DNA of 61,159 nucleotides, the filler included, from Candidatus Omnitrophota bacterium (GTDB taxonomy: Bacteria; Omnitrophota; Gorgyraeia; JAGLLT01), in the NCBI GenBank assembly GCA_023140385.1. It is 4 parts of 4 records of this genome, joined end to end, with 100 filler letters (N's around TTAATTAATTAA, not from the genome) between each part and the next. Parts side by side here need not be neighbours in the genome. Positions count along the whole stretch, not along the records: positions 26,108 to 52,578 come from JAGLLT010000004.1; 3 more parts are not named here. One strand, written 5' to 3'. Position 1 is the stretch's first letter. The number at the start of each line of letters is the position of its first letter. Position numbers and translations under genes: made by a program. Below the pieces are notes generated by a model. The model was not told the DNA's origin, did no database searches, and worked only from the letters and a program-made list of their open reading frames with translations. Shown here piece after piece: positions 31,331 to 40,238 of the stretch.

Positions 31331-31818
31331 TGTTCTTCAGCTATCTGTATCCAACCGCCCTCAAGCATATCTTCGTAATTAAATTCGTGACGAACACCGC
31401 GTATCTGCCGCTTTAACATATCAATTATCTTTTTTTGCCGCGGGACGAATACGCTTCCTGAATGCAGCTCTTTAACAATTAGGTTTAGTTGATTAATATA
31501 GGGCTCTAATTCCCGTTTTTTCTTTGGCTTAAGAAGTTCTCCCATCTCTTTTAGATTATAAAGAGCTCTATCGGCGGAAGCTAAAACTTTTTTCTTATTC
31601 TTTCCCATAGATTCAATCAACTCTTCAAGCCATATGTCATAATAGATAAAGTGATTGTTGTATCTGACGTCTACCGGATAAACTTCGCCCGTAGACAAAA
31701 AAACCTCTTTTTTCTTGGCCTGTTTGCTTTTGCGGACAAACTTGTCCTTCAGCGTCGCGCATCCCCCCAAATTAAAAAATGTAAGCGTAATAAGAATTAT
31801 AAAAACAACCTTTTTCAT
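31327..31818 (-). CDS. Hypothetical lipoprotein
   Basis: Signal peptide with lipobox LGGC; overlaps the next gene by 4 nt. Confidence 0.7.
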   Translation of the reverse strand: MKKVVFIILITLTFFNLGGCATLKDKFVRKSKQAKKKEVFLSTGEVYPVDVRYNNHFIYYDIWLEELIESMGKNKKKVLASADRALYNLKEMGELLKPKKKRELEPYINQLNLIVKELHSGSVFVPRQKKIIDMLKRQIRGVRHEFNYEDMLEGGWIQIAEEQ

Positions 31819-31845
31819 AATTTATATCCTTCCGTGGGCATTGTT

Positions 31846-32574
31846 TCATCTGCCTCCTCCAAGGCGGGTGGCTAAAAATTGCGGCAGGCCGGCCTTGATT
31901 ATCTTTTCCTGCGCCCGGCTAACGGCGTATTCCACTCTTTTAATTTTAACAGTCTTCTCAACGCTGTCATAAACGCAGTAGCAGGCTCTGGGGTCACCAT
32001 CGCGCGGCTGCCCTACGCTCCCTACGTTAATAATGTACTGACTGTCTTTTAAAATTGTTGTTTCTGTAATCTTATGATAATCTATTTTATTCTCATAGTC
32101 CTTTATGATAATTGCCGGGGAGTGCGAATGCCCTATAAAGCATATTTTTTGCCTGAGTTTATCAAAGGTCTTTGCCGCTTCCTTTAAGTTAAGTATGTAA
32201 TTAAATTCGTCCGGGTGATACAAAGAGCCGTGGACAATAGTAAAATTTTCCAACTCCTTTGTTAATGTAAGTGTTTTTAGCAGATTCTTTTCTTTTTCTC
32301 CGACAACCGCTATTGTCCATTCAACCGATTTTCTGGCGTATGGATTAAAGAGAGACAGATCAAAGAGTCCGCAGACAGCATAGTCATGATTACCGGCAAT
32401 TATTACATCAAACATCGCTCCGGCGGCGTCCATGCACTCGATGGGGTTGGCTCCATAACCTACGATGTCGCCCAGACAGATATATTTATCAACTGTTTCC
32501 TTTTTTAGATCTTCCTCTACGGCTAAAAAGGCTTCTAAGTTAGCATGTATGTCGGCAATAATGGCATACTTCAT
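31846..32574 (-). CDS. Metallophosphoesterase (calcineurin-like)
   Basis: DIHAN, GDIVGYG, GNHD, HG, GHSH, GSVGQPRD motifs. Confidence 0.92.
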   Translation of the reverse strand: MKYAIIADIHANLEAFLAVEEDLKKETVDKYICLGDIVGYGANPIECMDAAGAMFDVIIAGNHDYAVCGLFDLSLFNPYARKSVEWTIAVVGEKEKNLLKTLTLTKELENFTIVHGSLYHPDEFNYILNLKEAAKTFDKLRQKICFIGHSHSPAIIIKDYENKIDYHKITETTILKDSQYIINVGSVGQPRDGDPRACYCVYDSVEKTVKIKRVEYAVSRAQEKIIKAGLPQFLATRLGGGR

Positions 32575-32576
32575 AG

Positions 32577-32846
32577 TTAATACCTAATAATAAAAGAAGT
32601 AAATTTATCCTTTGTTTCCGCCCAGGTAGTTTCTTTATTTTGAATATAGCCGCTCATTCTTTCATCAATGTGATTAAGAAAGTTAATAACAGTATCTTCC
32701 CTGCCTTCCGCGGCAAGCTCGACTCTGCCGTCAGGTAAATTTTTTACCCACCCGCGAATTCCAAAGTGCTCTGCCAGAGACAAGGCTGTATAGCGAAAAT
32801 TCACCCCCTGAACCGACCCGGTATAAATCACATACACCCTTTTCAT
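32577..32846 (-). CDS. acyP: Acylphosphatase
   Basis: GSVQGVNFR and GWVKNLPDGRVE motifs. Confidence 0.93.
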   Translation of the reverse strand: MKRVYVIYTGSVQGVNFRYTALSLAEHFGIRGWVKNLPDGRVELAAEGREDTVINFLNHIDERMSGYIQNKETTWAETKDKFTSFIIRY

Positions 32847-32859
32847 TGTTGTTTAAAAA

Positions 32860-33207
32860 TTATACACCTTCTTCTTTTTTGATAATATCTTTCAATTTAT
32901 TTTTAAGAGCAGGAATATCCTTTTTAACAGTATCCCAAACGGCATCCAAATCTACACCCAAATAATCGTGTATTAACTTATCCCGCATACCCGACACATC
33001 CTTCCATGGTATATCGAGATACCTTTCCCTAATCTTTTTAGATAACCTTTTTGTGGCTTCACCCGCTATTTCGATCTACCTAATTACACCATCCTGCACA
33101 AGATTATTGTCCATAAAATCTTTGTATTCTACTTCCTGTGTATACTCTTCTATTCTTGAGAAGGCATCCAATATATGCTTTAAATAAACGGAATCATTTT
33201 TTTTCAT
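32860..33207 (-). pseudogene. HepT/DUF86 HEPN ribonuclease toxin with an in-frame TAG at codon 44
   Basis: Manual translation: MKKNDSVYLKHILDA...VQDGVIR*IEIAGEA...[29 protein letters not shown]...; absent from the ORF track because of the TAG at 33076-33078. Confidence 0.88.
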
Positions 33208-33491
33208 CCGTAAATTACCTCCATTTCCCTTTTTATTGAACCTAACAAATATGGACTTATGGATTTTTCTGTCATTAAATCTACTTTTATGCCCAAGAGT
33301 TCAGATAATTCCCTTTCTATCCTTACAAGATCAAGAAGACTTTTTCTTTCTAAAAACTCAACGATAACATCTATATCACTGTCTGTTTTTTCATCTCCTC
33401 TTACGTATGAACCAAACACGGCTATTTTTTTCGCCCCTTGATTTCTAAGCTGCCGGGTAATCCTTTCAAAAAGTTCATATTTACTTATCAT
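33204..33491 (-). CDS. MntA-type minimal nucleotidyltransferase antitoxin
   Basis: FGSYVRGDEKTDSDIDV (GSx10DxD), KVDL; ATGA overlap with the HEPN gene. Confidence 0.9.
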   Translation of the reverse strand: MISKYELFERITRQLRNQGAKKIAVFGSYVRGDEKTDSDIDVIVEFLERKSLLDLVRIERELSELLGIKVDLMTEKSISPYLLGSIKREMEVIYG

Positions 33492-33506
33492 TTTTTACTC
33501 CTAAAA

Positions 33507-34052
33507 TTACCAGACCGGTAAAGGATTCTTCTTTTTTATTTTAACTTCTTTCAGCGCTTTTTTAATAGTTTCGTTTTTCAGGTTCATTGTATGTCCCTGC
33601 CAGATTACTTTGCCGGCGGCGTCAATAAGATATGCCGTAGGAATACTTTTAATGCCGTATGAACTGTTTGTTTTTCGCCCGCTGTCAATAGCTACCGGAA
33701 ATGTCAGTTTTTTACTTTTTACAAACTTCTTAATGGCGCTTTCCTTTTCAGCGCTTATGCTTATAATTACCAGTCCCTTGTTTTTGTATTTATTATGCAG
33801 CTTCTCTAAATGCGGCATTGCCTTTATGCAGGGAGGACACCACGTAGCCCAAAACTCAAGCAGGACAACCTGTCCCCTTAAGCTCTTCAGGGAGTGCTTT
33901 TGTTTAGCGTTAAATATCTTACTTATACTAATCTCAGGCGCCTTCTTACCAACCAACTTCTTCCCCGCCCCCCAAGCCGCCTTCGCCGGCACAAGCATCA
34001 GGATTAAAAGAAAAAAGCTAATAATCAGTTTTGTACTATATAATTTTTTCAT
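33507..34052 (-). CDS. TlpA/ResA-family thiol-disulfide oxidoreductase, exported
   Basis: Signal peptide; [12 protein letters not shown] cis-Pro loop. Confidence 0.9.
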   Translation of the reverse strand: MKKLYSTKLIISFFLLILMLVPAKAAWGAGKKLVGKKAPEISISKIFNAKQKHSLKSLRGQVVLLEFWATWCPPCIKAMPHLEKLHNKYKNKGLVIISISAEKESAIKKFVKSKKLTFPVAIDSGRKTNSSYGIKSIPTAYLIDAAGKVIWQGHTMNLKNETIKKALKEVKIKKKNPLPVW

Positions 34053-34088
34053 TACTTACCTCCTTATTCTTTTGCAAACTTTAGCCGT

Positions 34089-34165
34089 TGGTCGGGGCGG
34101 GCGGATTTGAACCGCCGGCCTCCACGTCCCGAACGTGGCGCGCTGCCAAGCTGCGCTACGCCCCG
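34089..34165 (-). tRNA. tRNA-Pro(CGG)
   Basis: CGGGGCG acceptor, anticodon arm CCACG-TTCGGGA-CGTGG, GGTTCAAATCC T-arm, encoded CCA. Confidence 0.96.
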
Positions 34166-34169
34166 AAAT

Positions 34170-34260
34170 AAGCTAAAAGTTTAAAGCGAAAAGCGTAAAA
34201 CGATAACTAAAAATTCAAAATTATCAAAGCAGTTTTCACTTTTCGCTTTACGCTTATTTT
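34170..34260. repeat. 7-nt periodic imperfect inverted array (AAGCGAA-like units)
   Basis: AAGCTAA-AAGTTTA-AAGCGAA-AAGCGTA... followed by TTTTCAC-TTTTCGC-TTTACGC. Confidence 0.65.
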
Positions 34261-34289
34261 ATTGTATCTTATTCAGGCTGATAATTCAA

Positions 34290-35252
34290 TTATTTCTTTT
34301 TAGCGGCCGTCGCGGCATCACTGCTTTTTTGCTTTAGCCGCTCGGCTCCCTTCCAGCGGTGATGCACCCACCACCACTGTTCAGGGTACCGCCTTACAAT
34401 CTTTTCAATTTCAGCGGTAAAGGCTTTGGTTATATTGTGGACATCTTTTTGCTCATCCCCCGTTAATTTAATATCAAGCTGGGGAGTTATGACAATTTTA
34501 TGTTTTGTTCTTGACGTTCGAATAATAAAGGCGCATAGAAGCGGCGCTCCAGTTCTCAGATGAAGACGGGCAGGGCCTTCAACCGTACCTGCCGGCCGGC
34601 CGAAAAAATTGACATAAACACCATCTGTTTTATTCTGGTCAGAGTGGAGGCATAGAGGCTTGCCGTCTCTCAGCCACCTGAGGGATTCAACCACGGCTTT
34701 GCGCCTGGGGCGGGCGGAGATAACCTTGATACCGATATTTTTCATTACCTCCTGCCAAAGTTCTGTAACAACCGGGTCATCGGCAAAACGCATAACCAGA
34801 GTAAATGGATAGCCTTCCAGCGCGAGGCGGGTGGTCATTATGGCAAAGTTACCGAAATGGGCGCTTACGCAAATCGCCCCCTTCTTTTTGGACAAGGCTT
34901 GATCGAGATGCTCTGCGCCTTCTATTCGCACGTTGTTTATTAATTTCTGATGAACTTTTTTGTCCAGAGCCAGCCTGGCCGTTTCAGCCGCTCCCCAGGA
35001 AATCTGACAGAAACACTCTAAGGCTGTCTTTTTTATTTCCTGTGGACTTTTTTCATTTTTAAAAGCCTTTGTTAAATTATTGATAGTCAGCCTTCTATGT
35101 TTTCTGGCGGCAAAAAAACCAAACCGGCCGATGGCTCTTGAGAAATGATAAACGAGGCCTTCAGGCATAATTCTAAGAATAGCCACACAGAAAAGAAAAA
35201 AATATCTGCCGGCCAGCCTATCCATTTTTCTTTTAAACTGACTGCGTTTCAT
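34290..35252 (-). CDS. lpxL: Lipid A late acyltransferase (LpxL/HtrB family)
   Basis: HFGNF, DQ, FFG, PEQWWWVHHRWK motifs. Confidence 0.85.
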   Translation of the reverse strand: MKRSQFKRKMDRLAGRYFFLFCVAILRIMPEGLVYHFSRAIGRFGFFAARKHRRLTINNLTKAFKNEKSPQEIKKTALECFCQISWGAAETARLALDKKVHQKLINNVRIEGAEHLDQALSKKKGAICVSAHFGNFAIMTTRLALEGYPFTLVMRFADDPVVTELWQEVMKNIGIKVISARPRRKAVVESLRWLRDGKPLCLHSDQNKTDGVYVNFFGRPAGTVEGPARLHLRTGAPLLCAFIIRTSRTKHKIVITPQLDIKLTGDEQKDVHNITKAFTAEIEKIVRRYPEQWWWVHHRWKGAERLKQKSSDAATAAKKK

Positions 35253-35283
35253 TAATCCGCCCTTTGCTTGTAAAATATATATA

Positions 35284-35312
35284 AGTTTAACAAATCAAAG
35301 CAGTTAAGTCAA
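35284..35312 (-). promoter_or_regulatory. Candidate sigma70 promoter for lpxL (TTGACT-17-TAAACT)
   Basis: Hexamers at 35307-12 and 35284-89 with TG extension. Confidence 0.45.
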
Positions 35313-35332
35313 TATTAATATTATGGATTTTT

Positions 35333-35968
35333 TCAGATGAAGCCTTTTTTTTGCAGGAGTTCTATTGATATGCCGGAGGATGGTCTGGGGGCTTTATTGT
35401 TTACATATTTGGCTAAGAGGTCAAATTCTAAATTTACCTTGCCGCCTATCTTTATAGTCTTTAAAGTCGTATTTTCCAAGGTGTGTGGAACGCAAAAGAA
35501 AGTGAAACCGTCTCTAAAGCAGTCAGCGAGAGTCAAGCTAACGCCGTCAACGGTGATAGAGCCCTTGGGAGCAGTATAAATATTAAATTTTTCCGGCGCG
35601 GACAGTTCAAAGCGGATAGCTCCACCCTCAGGCTTCTTTTGCCTTATTGTACCCAGGCAGTCTATGTGGCCGGTTACAAAATGCCCGCCTATTTTATCGC
35701 TTGGGGTAAGAGAAAATTCAATATTTACGGTGTCACCTTTTTTTAATAAAGATAAGTTGGTTTTGAGGAGAGTTTCTTTTATAGCCTCAAAGTAAACAGT
35801 AGAACCCTCTATCTCCGTTATTGTTTGACAAACTCCGTTTACAGCAACGCTGTCGCCAATAGTCGTCTTTTCCGCGTTTTTTTTCAGCTTAACTCCAAAC
35901 TTTTTTATATCAGCCGCGTTTTTAATTGAAGTTACCTGAGCCATCTGCTCAACTATTCCGGTAAACAT
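35333..35968 (-). CDS. ribE: Riboflavin synthase alpha chain
   Basis: MFTGIVE start, GDSVAVNG, GGHFVTGH, DGVSLT. Confidence 0.95.
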   Translation of the reverse strand: MFTGIVEQMAQVTSIKNAADIKKFGVKLKKNAEKTTIGDSVAVNGVCQTITEIEGSTVYFEAIKETLLKTNLSLLKKGDTVNIEFSLTPSDKIGGHFVTGHIDCLGTIRQKKPEGGAIRFELSAPEKFNIYTAPKGSITVDGVSLTLADCFRDGFTFFCVPHTLENTTLKTIKIGGKVNLEFDLLAKYVNNKAPRPSSGISIELLQKKGFI

Positions 35969-35969
35969 A

Positions 35970-37058
35970 TTACAGATAAGCCTCCACCACTAAATCACCG
36001 TTTATTCTTTTAGCGCTTACACCCTTTAAGTTGATAGCATCCTTCATTCTTTTTACACCTTTGCCTTCACAGAAGGTTGGAGCACTGCTCCCGCCGATAA
36101 TCTTAGGGGCTATAAAAATAACTATTTTATCTGCCAGCTTCTGATTTATTACGGAGGTAATCAGCCGGGCTCCTCCTTCAACCAGAATGCTTACTATGTT
36201 CTCTTTTGCCAGTTTAATAAAGAGGTCTTTTAAATCAACCCTTTTATTTCGCGAGCGGACAATAAGTACTCGGGCTTTTTTTGCCTCTAATTTTCTTATT
36301 TTGTCCTTAGGGGCATAGCGAGTCGCGGCAATTAAAGTCTGAGCGCCCGGACTATTGAGGATTTTTGCCTTAAGCGGTATTCTGAGCCGCGAGTCGACTA
36401 CTATTTTTAAAGGCTGTCCGGTAAATGACTTATAAAAACGGCAGTCAAGGCGGGGATTGTCTTTAATAACTGTTTCTATGCCTACCATAACCGCGTCACT
36501 TTCAGCTCTTAATTTATGAGCGTACTTTCTGGAGTTAAGACAGCTTATCCACTTGGAATCACCGCTGACAGAAGCTATTTTGCCGTCTAAGGACTGAGCG
36601 GCTTTGATAATAACAAAGGGAACTTTCCGCGTTATAAATTTAGCAAAGTCCTCATTTAACTTAACGGACTCCTCCCTTAAGATTCCAGCTTTGACTATTA
36701 ATCCGCTTTTTTTGAGCTTCTTGATGCCTTTAAGGGTATTTATGGGATTAGGGTCTTCTGCGCCAATAACAACTCTCTTTAAACCGCTTTTTATAATTCG
36801 GTCTACGCAGGGGGGAGTTTTGCCAAAATGAGAGCAGGGTTCTAAGTTAACGTATAGGGTTGCGCCTTTTGCCTTTTTTCCGGCCTTTTTTAAGGCTATC
36901 ACTTCAGCATGGTCTAAGCCGGCCTTTTTATGAAAACCTGAGGCTATAATCACACCTTTTTTGACAATCAGCGCCCCTACCATTGGATTGGGATGAGTCG
37001 CTCCCCGGGCTTTTTTGGCAAGCCCGATAGCCTTTTTCATATAAAAGTTATCCATCAT
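35970..37058 (-). CDS. ribD: Bifunctional riboflavin deaminase/reductase
   Basis: PNPMVG, HAE, LEPCSH...PPC, SLDGK, VEGG motifs. Confidence 0.96.
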   Translation of the reverse strand: MMDNFYMKKAIGLAKKARGATHPNPMVGALIVKKGVIIASGFHKKAGLDHAEVIALKKAGKKAKGATLYVNLEPCSHFGKTPPCVDRIIKSGLKRVVIGAEDPNPINTLKGIKKLKKSGLIVKAGILREESVKLNEDFAKFITRKVPFVIIKAAQSLDGKIASVSGDSKWISCLNSRKYAHKLRAESDAVMVGIETVIKDNPRLDCRFYKSFTGQPLKIVVDSRLRIPLKAKILNSPGAQTLIAATRYAPKDKIRKLEAKKARVLIVRSRNKRVDLKDLFIKLAKENIVSILVEGGARLITSVINQKLADKIVIFIAPKIIGGSSAPTFCEGKGVKRMKDAINLKGVSAKRINGDLVVEAYL

Positions 37059-37458
37059 TTAGTTCTTTTTTGATTCTATCCAGAATACCGTTGACAAATT
37101 TGCCGGAGTCTTCGTCTCCATAGCGTTTTGCCAAATTTATAGCCTCGTTAATAGAAACTTTGGCCGGAATATCATCAAGGTGTAATAGTTCGAAGGCGGC
37201 CAGTCTCAATACGTTTCTGTCAATAACAGCCATTCTTTTTATTTCCCAGTTCTCGGTATACCTAACCATAATCTCATCTATCTCTTTAAGATTAATGATC
37301 GTTCCCTCTATAAGCTGGCGGCTAAAACTTTGTATTTCCGGTTCAGATTCATTGAAGCAGGCGAATTCCTTCAGCTCTTCGCTCCACTCCTCCTTCGAAA
37401 TATCTATCTGGTAGAGAAACTTTAACGCGACTTCTCTTGCTTTAGTTCGTTTTCTCAA
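37048..37458 (-). CDS. nusB: Transcription antitermination factor NusB
   Basis: R.KARE.A...LYQ, DRNVLR, INEAI.LAK.Y, FVNGILD. Confidence 0.95.
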   Translation of the reverse strand: MRKRTKAREVALKFLYQIDISKEEWSEELKEFACFNESEPEIQSFSRQLIEGTIINLKEIDEIMVRYTENWEIKRMAVIDRNVLRLAAFELLHLDDIPAKVSINEAINLAKRYGDEDSGKFVNGILDRIKKELNDG

Positions 37459-37476
37459 TTAACTTACCCTTCAAAT

Positions 37477-37941
37477 CTATATTTTTTCTGAAAGATTAAC
37501 AAGTTCTATGGCTGAGAGCGCTGCCTGATAACCTTTATTGCCCTCCTTGGCTCCGGCGCGGTCAATGGCCTGCTCTAAATTGTCAGTTGTAATAATTCCC
37601 ATAGCGAGCGGTACTTTAGCCGTTAGAGATAAGTTAGCAATTCCCTTAGTAACTTCTGAAGCAACATAATCGAAGTGCGGAGTAGCGCCTCTGATAACCG
37701 CTCCCAGGCATATTATGGCATCCTGTTTGTTTTTTTGTAAAAGTCTGGCGGTAATGTACGGGATTTCAAAGGAGCCCGGTACCCAAACAACCTTGATATC
37801 GGAATCCTTAACGCCATGTCTCACAAGACAGTCAATAGCGCCCTCAACCAGCTTTTTTGTTATAAAATTATTAAATCGTGACGCCACCAGAACAAACTTT
37901 TTTTCCTTAGCAATCAAACCAGCCTCTACTACTTTAATCAT
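37477..37941 (-). CDS. ribH: 6,7-dimethyl-8-ribityllumazine synthase
   Basis: SRFN, VPGSFE, GAVIRGATPHF, GNKG; ATG at 37941 preferred. Confidence 0.96.
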   Translation of the reverse strand: MIKVVEAGLIAKEKKFVLVASRFNNFITKKLVEGAIDCLVRHGVKDSDIKVVWVPGSFEIPYITARLLQKNKQDAIICLGAVIRGATPHFDYVASEVTKGIANLSLTAKVPLAMGIITTDNLEQAIDRAGAKEGNKGYQAALSAIELVNLSEKI

Positions 37942-37957
37942 ATTCGCACCTCTTTCT

Positions 37958-39169
37958 TTATACCTCATTTAAAATGTGTCCCATTTTATTCTTTTTTGTT
38001 TTTAGATACCTCCTATTAGAGGAGGCGGGTTTTATTTCTATAGGTACCCTTTCGGTTACCTCAAGCCCATAGCCTTCCAATCCGATAATTTTCTGCGGGT
38101 TATTGGTAATGAGCCTAATCTTTTTTAGGCCTAAATCAACTAATATCTGGGCGCCGATACCGTAATCTCTTAAATCAGCCTTAAAACCAAGTGCTTCATT
38201 TGCCTCAACCGTATCCATTCCTTTATCCTGAAGATGATAGGCCTTTAGTTTATTGGGAAGGCCAATACCTCTTCCCTCCTGGCGCATATATAAAATTACA
38301 CCTTTTTTTGCTTTCTGAATCATTTCCATTGCCGTCACTAACTGTTCTCCGCAGTCGCATCTTTTGGAGTGAAAAACATCTCCGGTCAGGCATTCGGAGT
38401 GTACTCTGACTAAAGCCTCATCTCTGATATCGCCTTTTATTAAAGCAATATGGTTTGAGCCGTCTAAGATAGACTCATAAAGAACTAATCTAAAATCCCC
38501 AAAGGAGGTTGGCAGCTTTGTTTCTATAAGTTTTTTTATTAACCTATCCTGTTTTATGCGGTATTTTATAAGGCTTTCGATACTGCATATTTTTAGGTTA
38601 TGCTTTTGAGCAAACTTCAAAAGCTCGGGCAGTCTTGCCATTTCACCCGCATCATTCATTATTTCACAGATAACACCTGCCGGGTAGAGCTTTGCCGCCT
38701 TCATCAGGTCAATGCAGGCTTCAGTGTGGCCGGCCCTAACCAAGACGCCGCCTTCTTTGGCCCTCAGCGGGAAAAGATGGCCGGGCTTCAATAAATCATC
38801 CGGTTTAGTACTAGGAGCTATCAATGTTTTTATGGTTTGCGCTCTGTCGGCGGCAGAAATTCCGGTACTTACATTTTCTCTGGCATCAACAGACATAGCC
38901 CAATCCGTATGATAAGGGTCTGCCTGTTTTGGTACTCCGGAGTTTTTCATTTGAGGGATTTGAAGCTCATTTAATCTTCCGGCTTCCATTGGAACACAGA
39001 TTAAACCCCTTCCGTGCCTGGCCATAAAGTTTATGTTTTTTCCGGCAGCAAAGTCAGCCGCCAATATGAGATCGCCTTCATTTTCTCGATCCTCGTCGTC
39101 AACCACAATAACCATTTTACCGGCTTTTAAGTCCTGTATAATCTCTTCTATTTTATTAAGCATAATCAT
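37958..39169 (-). CDS. ribBA: Bifunctional DHBP synthase / GTP cyclohydrolase II
   Basis: [44 protein letters not shown]. Confidence 0.97.
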   Translation of the reverse strand: MIMLNKIEEIIQDLKAGKMVIVVDDEDRENEGDLILAADFAAGKNINFMARHGRGLICVPMEAGRLNELQIPQMKNSGVPKQADPYHTDWAMSVDARENVSTGISAADRAQTIKTLIAPSTKPDDLLKPGHLFPLRAKEGGVLVRAGHTEACIDLMKAAKLYPAGVICEIMNDAGEMARLPELLKFAQKHNLKICSIESLIKYRIKQDRLIKKLIETKLPTSFGDFRLVLYESILDGSNHIALIKGDIRDEALVRVHSECLTGDVFHSKRCDCGEQLVTAMEMIQKAKKGVILYMRQEGRGIGLPNKLKAYHLQDKGMDTVEANEALGFKADLRDYGIGAQILVDLGLKKIRLITNNPQKIIGLEGYGLEVTERVPIEIKPASSNRRYLKTKKNKMGHILNEV

Positions 39170-39222
39170 TTTTCCTATTATAAAATGGAGCCCTCATAGG
39201 TAAGTCTATGGTATCCACATGT

Positions 39223-39270
39223 ACCCGCCTTCGCTGAAGCAATGGCGGGTTATCCGCCGCGTAGGCGGAT
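39223..39270. repeat. Two GC-rich REP-like hairpins in the rib leader
   Basis: ACCCGCC-ttcgctgaagcaat-GGCGGGT and ATCCGCC-gcgta-GGCGGAT. Confidence 0.7.
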
Positions 39271-39300
39271 AAAAAAATCCCAAAGGCATACCTTCGGGAT
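39271..39300 (-). terminator. Intrinsic terminator (riboswitch expression platform)
   Basis: ATCCCGAAGG-TATG-CCTTTGGGAT followed by a U-run on the minus strand. Confidence 0.85.
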
Positions 39301-39321
39301 ATAATTATTACTCATTAATTA

Positions 39322-39439
39322 AAATCTTCTTGTGTCTAGACTATTACTATTGGCTCCGGAGTTACCGGATCTGCCCCTCTTTTGGAGGAACTCGTGGGCT
39401 TCTACCACCAGTCGGGAATTGCACCCTATCCCGAAGATT
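39322..39439 (-). promoter_or_regulatory. FMN riboswitch (RFN element)
   Basis: Minus strand AATCTTCGGGATAGGGTGCAATTCCCGACTGGTGGTAGAAGCCCACGAG...GCAGATCCGGTAACTCCGGAGCCAATAGTAATAGTCTAGACACAAGAAGATT, upstream of ribBA. Confidence 0.93.
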
Positions 39440-39446
39440 TGTGTAT

Positions 39447-39475
39447 ATATTACAAAATATCTGCTGTTTTGTCAA
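39447..39475 (-). promoter_or_regulatory. Sigma70 promoter of the rib operon (TTGACA-17-TAATAT)
   Basis: Hexamers at 39470-75 and 39447-52; the predicted start site falls at the riboswitch 5' end. Confidence 0.75.
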
Positions 39476-39497
39476 GAAAATTGTAATGGGGACGGTT

Positions 39498-40172
39498 CTA
39501 TTTTATTTTCTTTGGCCGGCCCTTTTCTAGGCGGGTATTATTAACTTTGAATTTGTCCTCCATTTGTTTTATAAACTTCCTGGTTCCCAAGAATAACTGC
39601 TTGAATACTATGTTGCTTATACCTTTTTCTTTATCTAACAGTAAACGCCGGTATTCCCTCTGTCTTTGTTTATCATTATATCCTATCTCATCATAGTATA
39701 TATCTTGGTCTGTTAAGCCATCTTCTTTGCCATAGGCATAGTAGTTATAGCTTGAGTGCTGGTATTTTTCCGCCGAGTTAACTATCTTTGCTTTAACAGG
39801 ATTGCGTTCTATATACAAACCACACGCAAGCAAGTATTCACTTCTTTCTATTAATAGACTCTTAAATCGGTCTTGCCAGAAGTGTCCCGCATAGCCATAC
39901 TTCCTTTTATAATGATTATAATAAAGAAGGTTAATCCTTTTCATTAGTTTAGACAATTCTGTTAATTTATTTGTCTCTATAATCAAATGAACATGGTTAT
40001 TCATTAGGCAGTAATGATATAGCTTAAATGGTTGTTCTTCTTTTAGTTGCTTCACTATTTTTTTATACGTCTTGAAATCTGCCTCATCATGAAAGACCCG
40101 CTGTTTATTGTTTCCTCTGGTGAGTATATGAAAGAGCCCCTCTTCTGTATATATCCTTGCTCTTCTGGGCAT
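39498..40172 (-). CDS. REP-associated tyrosine transposase-like protein (Y1_Tnp, HUH endonuclease)
   Basis: MPR.AR start, FHILTRGNN, NHVHL (HUH), FWQDRF, YIERNPVKA (catalytic Tyr). Confidence 0.9.
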   Translation of the reverse strand: MPRRARIYTEEGLFHILTRGNNKQRVFHDEADFKTYKKIVKQLKEEQPFKLYHYCLMNNHVHLIIETNKLTELSKLMKRINLLYYNHYKRKYGYAGHFWQDRFKSLLIERSEYLLACGLYIERNPVKAKIVNSAEKYQHSSYNYYAYGKEDGLTDQDIYYDEIGYNDKQRQREYRRLLLDKEKGISNIVFKQLFLGTRKFIKQMEDKFKVNNTRLEKGRPKKIK

Positions 40173-40209
40173 AAAAAATCTCCTTTAAAATTGTTCAACC
40201 TTAAAGAAG

Positions 40210-40238
40210 ATATTATCGTGTTTATCACCTTATGTCAA
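40210..40238 (-). promoter_or_regulatory. Sigma70 promoter of the RAYT gene (TTGACA-17-TAATAT)
   Basis: Hexamers at 40233-38 and 40210-15. Confidence 0.7.

Noticed and set aside
33076..33078. TAG recoding (alternative genetic code or pyrrolysine) in the HEPN gene
   Set aside because: TAG terminates conserved genes at expected lengths here (kdsC 17627-29, folP 55718-20, acpP, fabF), and no suppressor tRNA or pyl genes are in the window
39311..39318. CTCATTAA in the riboswitch expression platform as another repeat copy
   Set aside because: Opposite orientation to transcription, no adjacent SD, and AT-rich context; likely chance
39498..40172. Classical IS200/IS605 element with TnpB
   Set aside because: No tnpB; the protein is longer than IS200 TnpA and carries RAYT-type motifs
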